Source: Octopus bimaculoides (lineage: Eukaryota). Taken from it: a stretch of DNA of 33,527 bases. The notes beneath the pieces are model-generated. The model was not told where the DNA came from, searched no databases, and saw only the letters and a program-made list of their open reading frames with translations. Of the stretch, positions 1 to 9,396 are shown one piece after another. The DNA is taken from NCBI RefSeq assembly GCF_001194135.2, contig NC_068983.1, forward strand, positions 18,566,168 through 18,599,694, given 5' to 3'. Within the stretch, counting starts at the first letter, position 1. The number at the start of each line of letters is the position of its first letter. Both the position numbers and the translations under genes were made by a program.

Positions 1-3
1 ATA

Positions 4-43
<40 letters not shown>

Positions 44-712
44 CATACATATACATACATACATACATACATACACATATATATTTATATATATGCCTGT
101 GTGTGCACGCATGTGTGTGCCTGTGTGTGTGTACATGTATGTATGCGGAAACAAATTTAATATTCTTTATAAACGACTCCTCATATTTCCGTAAATTTCT
201 TATTGTTTAATTCGGAACAATGGCATTCTTCAATCCACTAACTTGTATAGTCATTCCTGTTTTCGTGTAATACCAATAAAGAGCGAATTACATAGACGCT
301 GCTGTCATTGCAGCAGTTATGTAGGAGATAGCATTCGCGGGTATGATGTTAGAAATAATATGACTATATGAACTTTTAAAAATCTACTTAGCATTCAACT
401 TCTATACACTTCCTTGAGCAATTATTAGGAACAATCGATAAAAGAGCAAAATAAAGTATATATCTGTTTTCAATGCAAAGGTCTCAAGAAATATTCTTCC
501 ATGCAGCATTGGCCTTCCATAATTTTGGGGTGGAGTCCACGACTGGATACGCTCCTCCTCTTTCATTCGATCTATCTAACTATTTTTAGGAAGACGTGGG
601 CTGATATTTGACGCGGAGGGGAACATACTCAGCCATATTTTAGAATTTACCAGATAAAACGTGTAACACCATGTCTTCATTACTATACATAATTTCATCT
701 CTCTCTCTGTAT

Positions 713-714
<2 letters not shown>

Positions 715-798
<84 letters not shown>
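715..798. repeat. (AC)n(AT)n compound microsatellite
   Basis: Direct reading. Similar tracts occur at 1-135, 4379-4423, 4892-4960, 5926-6000, 12288-12376, 19407-19495, 21088-21160, 25343-25409 and 28010-28310. Confidence 0.98.
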
Positions 799-801
<3 letters not shown>

Positions 802-1277
802 GCATTCTTGAGGGAATAGGGGTACTTAAATGATATGAACCATGTAGGGTTGGACTAACCTGTAGTCACCACCTATGGTCTATTAAATATTCAGTAGTAT
901 ATTCAGGTTGTGCACACAGAGAAAACTAACCCTACGAGTATTTAGTGCCTGTGGGCTGATCATAGGTTTTTTGGGGGTAGGGCATATTCTCTAGGGTGCC
1001 CGATGTGTCGTAAATCCCTATGGCGTATAATATGCGAATGAATAATAAAAGATAATGGATAAATATCCATCGTTAGCTTCGGTCTGCTTTAGGTATGATC
1101 CCATGGTATTCTGGGGATACTCTCCCATTGTTTTGAAATTATGTTTCATCTGATTATTACGGAATTTTGTAATGATGTAATGTAGTCATTCTTCTATTCA
1201 AAATGCGTAAGGAACAGCTGTAATTAACTGACTTGGATCCTTCGTCTGTTATTAATTCATTTGCTTATATATGTATA

Positions 1278-2120
1278 TCGGGCCATCCCATAAGTAATGC
1301 ATTTTTTAATTGCATGAAAAAAAAAATTGGAGTGGGGCGGATAAATTACTTGCATGAACCTGCCATAAAAGTAGGTAGTTATTTTGCCTTGTACTTATTC
1401 TTAATGCAAGTCTTGAAGAGTACAGTTCGATCTTAACAGTTATTCTTTTTAAAGTTATAATGGAAGTAACAAAGTAGCATATTCAGCATATTTTACTTTA
1501 TGAGTTCAATAAAAGCAACAAGTGCGATGAATATTAATGCACTATATGGGCATCAGAAAATAAGCGTAAGAGAGTGTCAACGGTTGTTCCAGAAATTCCG
1601 ATCCAGAAAATACAGCCCAAAAGACGTGCCTTCCCCTGGAAGATCTGTAGAGCTCAACGTCCTACACACCCTGGTGGAAAAAAATCCCATCTTCACTATT
1701 GAGAAACTAGCAGAGAAGCTTGGATTTGGTCATCCAATCATTCATCGACACCTGCATGCCATCGGAAAGCGACCATCTTTGGTTTCTAGACGAAATGTGT
1801 TCTTCCATCAGGAAGACAACACGCAACGAGGATGACATTCTAACAGCTGGAGCAGTTTGAATCGGAAACGATGCCTCATCCACAATATTCGCCAGATATT
1901 GCCCCAACTGATTATCATTTATTCTCCAGTCTTCAAAATCATTTGGATGGAAAGATATGAATTCTGTAGACGAGCTCAGAACTGTATCGGAGGAGTATTT
2001 TTTGTCCCGGACGAGTGAATTTTGAAACAGAGGCCTTGCACGTCTACCAGATACGTGGAAAAGCATTGTAGAAAATGAAGGAGAGTAAATCTTAGATTAA
2101 AAAAAAAGAACTTTTGTGTT
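1278..2120 (+). mobile_element. Mariner-like DNA transposon remnant (DD34D), internally deleted, left TIR present, right TIR not found
   Basis: TA then TCGGGCCATCCCATAAGTAATGC at 1278 looks like a mariner TIR. From ATG 1460 it reads MEVTK*HIQHILLYEFNK, then HTH-region sequence (ECQRLFQKFRS..PSPGRSVE..LAEKLGFGHPIIHRHLHAIGK). The C-terminus reads PHPQYSPDIAPTDYHLFSSLQNHLDG...RGLARLPDTWKSIVENEGE*ILD* (stop 2098-2100), i.e. the YSPDLAP-xD motif. Stops and frameshifts are present. Confidence 0.92.
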
Positions 2121-2181
2121 CCTCGCTGATGAAGGAAGAAAGTTTTTTGGATTAATCCAGAAATCGGAACCGATTCGGGGA
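2120..2181 (+). ncRNA. Candidate type I hammerhead ribozyme motif
   Basis: Stem I is TCCTCG(2120-25) with CGGGGA(2176-81). Core CTGATGA is at 2126-32 and GAAA at 2160-63. Stem III is ATCG with CGAT around loop GAAC. The NUH triplet is ATT (2173-75). Stem II is irregular (GGA/TCC flanked by an A.A mismatch). Confidence 0.6.
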
Positions 2182-3649
2182 TAACTATAACTTGCTTTCC
2201 TAGTTTCGGCACGTGTTGTAACAATACAAGTGAAAATATTTTATGCCGTTAGACGATTTAGCGTCTATTTTTGAGCATATTGGCAAATAATTTTTTTCTT
2301 CTTTTTGTCCTTATTAATAATTGTATAATTTTCAACTTTAAAAGGTATTTTCCATATAATGCGAGCCGATAACATTTTTAAATAAAATTCTATCCTTATA
2401 TTAGAATATATATATATATATATATATATATANNNNNNNNNNNNNNNNNNNNNNNNNNNNNNNNNNNNNNNNNNNNNNNNNNNNNNNNNNNNNNNNNNNN
2501 NNNNNNNNNNNNNNNNNNNNNNNNNNNNNNNNNNNNNNNNNNNNNNNNNNNNNNNNNNNNNNNNNNNNNNNNNNNNNNNNNNNNNNNNNNNNNNNNNNNN
2601 NNNNNNNNNNNNNNNNNNNNNNNNNNNNNNNNNNNNNNNNNNNNNNNNNNNNNNNNNNNNNNNNNNNNNNNNNNNNNNNNNNNNNNNNNNNNNNNNNNNA
2701 GAGAGAGAGAGAGAGAGAGAAATGAAGTAACTACGTACCTGTGCTGGTATGTGTTATTAAGAACGTCTGTATCTCAAGATACATTCATTTAATATTTGAA
2801 GCTGTAGTAATGCAGTATTTTATTTTATGCTTAGAATTCATCTATAGCACTGAATACATATATTGCATATGCAACTCAAGCACGAAAATTACGTATGTGG
2901 TCCGTATGTTTAAAGTGTGCATAAGAACACGAAACTCATAACATTCTGTGGAGTTCTTTATTTCCGGATTAACAGATAAGCATACACCTTGAATGAACCT
3001 TAGAAGAGATTTGATGGCGTTGTAGTCGTTACTTAGGACATTTATTATTATTAATAATTATTTTAATGATATTATTTTGCTATCATTCTTATAAGCATTT
3101 TTTTTTATGTAAGTCTTTTTTGCGATGCCTTAATGATCAACTATTTTATAGTTAGTGTATCCTTTATTCATATATAACACTTTGCATGAAGCATTAATAT
3201 TTACACTGATTTGTTGTGTACGATATCTGTTGCAGCTTTGACTCTACATTTCAGTAACGTTATCTATTAACTGGAAAAACCAATATTGTTTCGCGTTCGT
3301 TCTATTCTGAAAATTTCTTCTAATACTTCTTTTTCTACGAAGAACAAAAATACTGTTCTAAGTATTTTCTTCCCCTTTTTATGTGTATGAATAAAATGAT
3401 TTCTGTGAGTGTAAATGTGCAAATTTTGGTCACTGTGCAAACAAATGTGATTCATCTATTAAAAGAAATATGATGCATCTATGACATAATGTCATGTAGC
3501 TGAAAAGAAAAAGATAATGCATTTGCTAGTTTTATCTTTGCTACTGTGTCGAGGAGTTCTTTTAAATTCTCGACGCCGACTTTAAAGCTAATATCCTTGT
3601 TGTATATGGTATTCTATATATTTTACCATCTTGTTATTTTTTTTATTTT

Positions 3650-4100
3650 GACTAAGATGGTACCATCACGTTTGCAACAAAGAATTGCGTGCGCGCCGGT
3701 TCAGCTCGCAGTCTCCCACCTCATATCTATCCGTCACATACTCTGGTATGGACATGTTTTCCGTCTCCCGCTAGATCGTCTTACAAGGGTTTCTCTCTCA
3801 TTCGAGGCAGTAGTTGTGGACTGGAAAAGACCTTGTGGCAGACCCACACCAACTGGCTGGACGTGATAGGAGAAGATATCCAGAAGCACCACGTCACCTT
3901 CGAGGATTAGCTCTGGTGTAACTGGTCGGCTCTACGCATGATGACAATTTTGGGAATACTGACAACGAATGACCCCAGCCCCATCAAGCAATAGCATGAA
4001 ACCAACCATGCCAGGCCATGGATAAAGTCTGAGAACAAGGGAATCATCAATTCGATGACCACCGTCCAGCTAAACGCAGTGAGGACTCCAAAGCAATCCT
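3650..4100 (+). mobile_element. RTE-clade LINE 3' end fragment, degraded
   Basis: Translation ILWYGHVFRLPLDRLTRVSLSFEAVVVDWKRPCGRP, then after a frameshift WLDVIGEDIQK. This matches the C-terminal LRWxGHVxR...KRPxGRPxxxWxD pattern of RTE ORF2. Boundaries are approximate. Confidence 0.8.
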
Positions 4101-4373
4101 CATGTACACGATTCTGATGTTTTCATTCAGTATTTTAAAAGGCATTATACATGTTAATATGTCTGAGTGTTTTATTACATTATTTCATTTGGTGTATATC
4201 GATATATAATCTTGCATATGGAACTTTGCCCCAAATATTTTATTATAAGGTTTTGCATAATTTGTGCGTTTCTTTTCCTATGCCTAAAATTTTTCGCATA
4301 GTCATCTAATATATATGTTCTGTATGTAATGTTTGAAAATATCTTATTCTATAATGATCTTACGCTTTTGTGT

Positions 4374-4425
<52 letters not shown>

Positions 4426-4891
4426 NNNNNNNNNNNNNNNNNNNNNNNNNNNNNNNNNNNNNNNNNNNNNNNNNNNNNNNNNNNNNNNNNNNNNNNNNNN
4501 NNNNNNNNNNNNNNNNNNNNNNNNNNNNNNNNNNNNNNNNNNNNNNNNNNNNNNNNNNNNNNNNNNNNNNNNNNNNNNNNNNNNNNNNNNNNNNNNNNNN
4601 NNNNNNNNNNNNNNNNNNNNNNNNNNNNNNNNNNNNNNNNNNNNNNNNNNNNNNNNNNNNNNNNNNNNNNNNNNNNNNNNNNNNNNNNNNNNNNNNNNNN
4701 NNNNNNNNNNNNNNNNNNNNNNNNNNNNNNNNNNNNNNNNNNNNNNNNNNNNNNNNNNNNNNNNNNNNNNNNNNNNNNNNNNNNNNNNNNNNNNNNNNNN
4801 NNNNNNNNNNNNNNNNNNNNNNNNNNNNNNNNNNNNNNNNNNNNNNNNNNNNNNNNNNNNNNNNNNNNNNNNNNNNNNNNNNNNNNNNNNN

Positions 4892-4934
<43 letters not shown>

Positions 4935-5925
4935 TCAGTGTGTGTGTGTGTGTGTGCGCGTGTATCAGAAGTCGTTGTCTTACATATGTATCTGAATGCT
5001 AATGTTTAACATATTAACACTGGTGTGGGTGAAACGGAATATATATGTTTCTGTTTGTGAATTTAGAGTACTTGCTTTAATACGAACATCTTGAAATGAT
5101 GTATTTAAACATTTGTTTCAAAGAAGCTTCAAAATGAAAACAAAACTAGTAATGTTTTCAACACAATGCTTGTATTTATTAGCATAGATATACACAGGCA
5201 TATATGTTTTCAGATGTACATCTTTATATCTATATATCTACATCCCATCTTTATATTTATATATCTATATCCCTCTTTCACTTTCCCTCACTGACTTACT
5301 ACCTTTCTACTTGCATATTTGCGCGCGCGCATGTGTGTTTGTGTGTGTGTGTGTGTATTTGCGTGTAGATATTTGCATGTATATTTGCGAGCTGAAAATT
5401 CCAAAGTATTTACTGTATTAATTTGTGTAAATCTGTAATTAAATGCCCAATTGTTTATCTAATCTGAAAGAAAGAGAAAATTTCAAATGCACTAGAATAT
5501 GATTAAAGCAAAAAAAAAAGGATAAATATGCTTAGAAATTAATGGCATTCTTCCTAAACTCAATTAATTTAATTGCAAATCGACGTAAAAGCTGCGTGCT
5601 GATTTAGATTCGCTACTTCAATTAAGGCTCTGGGATATATAGTTGGCTGCAAACGTGTAAGTTCTAATAAATAGGAGACGCATTAATCGAACATTAAATT
5701 CAGAAAATTGTTACCGCAGTACAACGTTATAAGTGCGATTATTATTTGTGCCTGCAATCACAAATGAGGCTATATTATTATTGGATTGCACTCTGTGTAA
5801 TTGCAGAGATGTGGTTCTATATGCATTAAACTGTTTGGTTACATTTGCACAGCTGTTGACTTTTACAACATTGATAATTAAATAATCGGTCATATTCACA
5901 GCTACTTATTTTGAAATTTGCGTAT

Positions 5926-5966
<41 letters not shown>

Positions 5967-7182
5967 CCTACATACACACACACACACACACATATATACC
6001 NNNNNNNNNNNNNNNNNNNNNNNNNNNNNNNNNNNNNNNNNNNNNNNNNNNNNNNNNNNNNNNNNNNNNNNNNNNNATATATATATATATATATATAGTT
6101 CGTGTAATGATAAGAAGTGGTGCACGGTACTGCACTTCCGGGCTGGAATAAACACCGGCTTGTTTGAGTTGGCATCGAATCGTATCAGTTGTAACAATGA
6201 AGTCGATCCAAATAGCGATAATTTGAAATCATTTCATACATTTCAGATTGTCGTAAGATATAATAGCAAGTGTTTCCATTACTTAACCCTTCCTCAGTTA
6301 ATCATTCTTCCTTGACTTGTGAAAGGGTGCTATAGCGATAAACGTTATAGACCTAAAATTTGACATAGTTAAAAATCCTTCTTCCCTTAACATAAGCTCA
6401 ATGAATACATTATATCTTTAGACACTATAATAGTCTATCTTCAGTTCAGAATACCATCGTTACAAACATGCTTTAGAATCTGTAACGTTTCCACCAAGAG
6501 AATTATATTTGACAGCCATGCTGAATATTATAATCAAGCTCTTATACGAAGTGGCTACAATGAAACGATAACACCAAACTTAAACAGATCTTCCGCACTG
6601 ATAATCAGCATAATAGGGACAGAATTGTGTCAGCTACATCTAGTAAATCCCAGAATTCTAAAGATAATCATGCCGCTCATCCACAGAGCAACTACTATTA
6701 TCTTCGATTGAGTTATAAGAAAGATGGACGCGGAGCTTGTGGTGAACCCCTGAACACTAAGCCTTCTACTAACACACGAAATCTTTGGGACCATCCGCGC
6801 AAAAACTAGCAATAACAAACCGAGGAAACTAGTATTTTTAAAACTTCCATTCAGAAAGCTTTCTATAATATATTTGATGCAACTCTCCTCATGAATCCCA
6901 CAAAGCATTTAATAGAAAAATCCTGAGGTTATTATATTTCACAACCGCGAACTTTGAAGCAATAATAGAAGCATCCGATAGTTATAAATTAAGAAAGCTA
7001 AGTATTTTATCCTCACCCATTAGACAACGCAAGAAAAATAAAACTCAAATTACTAAACATAACAATCTGAGGTGCTTTATTACACAAACTTCGACTGAAA
7101 CACCAACCAGGTCACCAGGAGTTATCTCAGCTATGTCCAACCTGAATAATATTCCAACTCCAGACTAAGCTCAAGAAGAACG

Positions 7183-7460
7183 TCTACAACATCAGCAATT
7201 CATTACCAATAACGACTGTTTCAACCAGCCAGCCAGCCAGCCAGCCAACCAACCAACCAACCAGCCAACCAGCCAACAAACGAACCAGCCAAACAACCAA
7301 CCACATTATCATACTTCTCAACGTTCTCATCGTCCTCGTCTTATCATCCTTCTCATCGTTCTCCTCTTCCTCTTCATCCACCTTTTCGTCGTTCTCGTCC
7401 TGATCCTCGACCTACCCTTGCCCCACCTCCTCTTCATCAGCTGCTGCAGCAGCGCCTACA
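7183..7460 (+). repeat. Low-complexity tract: (CCAG/CCAA)n then (TCN)n
   Basis: Direct reading of the sequence; it lies inside the PLE remnant. Confidence 0.9.
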
Positions 7461-7777
7461 TCTCCCCATAACCCGGATGCAATTTCAATCCTAGAAAGAC
7501 ATACACATTAACTGGATACTTGTCTCCAAAAAATGTAGTGCACCAGTGCCAAGTAACAAGTTCAGCCACTTCATCCGACATTGGCCCCATGAACTTTTTG
7601 TAATCTGTAAATATAAACTAAAATTTATTTTTTAAGAAATATTTGAGAGAATACGGTTTACTGTAGAAGAAAAGTTTTAAAACATCATATGTTCGAATAT
7701 ATTTCCTATTGAAATTTATCTGGACATTTGATGCGTCAAGCATATTTTTTACCTTCAATCTCTCCAAAACTATTTTT

Positions 7778-7823
7778 AATTACTATTGAAAAACTACAAA
7801 TTGTCGAAACCGGTTTGGTATTT
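7778..7823 (+). ncRNA. Degenerate minimal hammerhead motif at PLE 3' end
   Basis: Reads AATTACTA-TTGAAAA-AC tacaaatt GTC-GAAACCGGTT-TGGTATTT. Stem I pairs 7 of 8 positions, stem III is the palindrome ACCGGT, and the CTGANGA core is mutated to TTGAAAA. Confidence 0.45.
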
Positions 7824-7909
7824 TAATAAAGTACCACACATTTTAAAACATTGGGACATTTGCAACCTCCACACCAAGTTTCCCATATATACATACTTAC
7901 ATATCGTTT

Positions 7910-8166
7910 TCTTTTTACTTGTTTCAGTATTGAAACTGCCGTCATACTGGGGCACCGCCTTGAAGAACTCTTTTTATTTGTCGAATGAATCGACATCAGT
8001 ACTTGCTTTTTTAAATCCTGGGTTTTATTCTATCGGTCTCCTTTGCTGAACCGCTGGAAACGTAAACACAAGGACACTGATTGTCAAGCGCTGGGGAACA
8101 AAGTGAGAGACAGAGAAAATATTCTCATACATACACACACAGCCAAACATAAACAAACTCACACAC
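7910..8166 (-). mobile_element. SINE body and 3' tail (octopus-type, CORE-like)
   Basis: Minus strand reads ..GACCGATAGAATAAAACCCAGG..AGTACTGATGTCGATTC..CTTCAAGGCGGTGCCCCAGTATGACGGCAG..TACTGAAACAAGTAAAAAG, with an (AC)-rich internal tract. It resembles a SINE I recall from octopus genomes; no database check was possible. Confidence 0.7.
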
Positions 8167-9290
8167 GGCCATACCACGGCCCTGGGGGAAGTTCTTCCTG
8201 ATATGGCCAAGCTCCAGGCAACGGATACCTGGACCCGGCCATCTTCAAAAAATCAGGAAAAATAATTTCTTCAGCTGATTGGGTTCAAAGGGTCAAAACA
8301 GCTTTTGCTCCTCCCCACTCAGCTACAGGCATCATTTTGACACTCAAGAGCCTGCAATTGCTGCCCCCCAGACCCCTGCGAACAGTCTCTTCTATTCAAT
8401 GGGGATTTATCCTGGGTGCCAGCCCACACACCCAAGCTCTAATCAGCTTCCCCCCACAATATGTGGGGAGGAACAAAATTTCCTCGCCCTCAAGGGGGTC
8501 GCTCACAAATTTGCAAGCATCTTCGGGGGCGCCAAATAGCAACCACACCTTTGCAAAGTTGGCCCCCCGAGCTATATGTTTGACAGTTGGCAAATAATCT
8601 GCCAACTCTTTTTAATTTTTTTCTTTATTGAATTGAACGATGGTGCCTAGAGACTTAGATTAGGTCCTCAGCATCACCTTTCATTTTTCTATGTCTTTCA
8701 GCCACTCATTGGATTAGACAATCTCCCACTCCAAGGCAGCGCTCTGCTTCTTCGCCATGTTTTTTTTTGACAGTTCAAAAAGGAAAAAAACACAAATAAC
8801 AGAAAACAGCTCAAAAATCTAAAGAAAGAAGTCACAAAAAAAAAAGAAAGAAACAGTTCAAGAAACAAAATCAGAAAAAAAACAATTCAAAAGCACAGCG
8901 AGCAATTCCTTCAGCCACTAAGTACTCCGGCCTACTGTTTGAACCTGGAACCGCACGACTGGAAGACACAGAAAATTCCACAATTATTCACTTAGAGTGA
9001 ATAAAAAAACAACTTCTCCAGGCTACAATGTACTCCAGGTCTTATTAGTAAAAAAAATGAAGCTGGAACACCGTGACCAGAACAAGTACAAAAATAAAAG
9101 TTCAGCATTTTCTTTTTTTCAGGNNNNNNNNNNCTTTTGTTTGCGGAGACAAGCAACAAAAAAAGAAAAGCCAAGAGTAGGCGAAATTGCATCAGAGCTG
9201 GGTAGAATTGACAGATAAATAATAAAACGACCAATAAATCACACCAGCTTCAAATGGAAAAGAAAACACCTACCTCGACGCTTTCATTAT
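8167..9290 (-). mobile_element. L1/Tx1-like non-LTR retrotransposon 5'UTR plus decayed ORF1; ORF2 absent
   Basis: From ATG at 8758 one frame with several stops reads MAKKQSAALEWEIV*...ELADYLPTVKHIARGANFAKVWLLFGAPEDACKFVSDPLEGEEILFLPTYCGGKLIRAWVCGLAPRI...IIFPDFL. After a frameshift it reads GIRCLELGHIRKNFPQG, an eroded CCHC zinc knuckle (Cx2Cx4Hx4C). A T-rich putative UTR lies upstream. The outer boundary is uncertain. Confidence 0.65.
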
Positions 9291-9396
9291 TCTTCACAAG
9301 GCGGAAGATCCCACGCCTTCCTTGTTTAGCTGCAAGAAGCGAACTCGACACGCATGCGCGGAAGCAAGCTTCTTACCACACAATCACACCTTAGCC
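9290..9396 (-). mobile_element. Degenerate tRNA-like SINE head
   Basis: Minus strand reads AGGTGTGATTGTGTGGTAAGAAGCTTGCTTCC...GTGTCGAGTTCGCTTC, an A-box-like segment followed by a B-box-like segment. It may be the head of the SINE at 7910-8166. Confidence 0.5.

Larger units (their letters stand above)
6330..7830 (+). mobile_element. Penelope-like element (PLE) remnant: post-RT linker, GIY-YIG remnant and 3' terminus
   Basis: 6475-6570 reads RICNVSTKRIIFDSHAEYYNQALIRSGYNETI (PLE RISxLSS..IF....YNxALxxSGY pattern). About 6825-6985 reads KPRKLVFLKLPF...HKAFNRKILRLLYF..NFEAII. About 7478-7600 reads CNFNPRKTYTLTGYLSPKNVVHQCQV..DIG (eroded CxC..CPLxGxCL..VVY..YIG). It ends in an HHR-like GAAACCGGT motif and AATAAA. 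Confidence 0.75.

Noticed and set aside
1500-1835. 111-aa ORF as a functional HTH protein
   Set aside because: It is an in-frame stretch of a mariner pseudogene with upstream stop and frameshift and an internal deletion.
7184-7381. Acidic DEEEEE ORF on the minus strand
   Set aside because: It comes from the (TCN)n and (CCAR)n simple repeats inside a PLE remnant.
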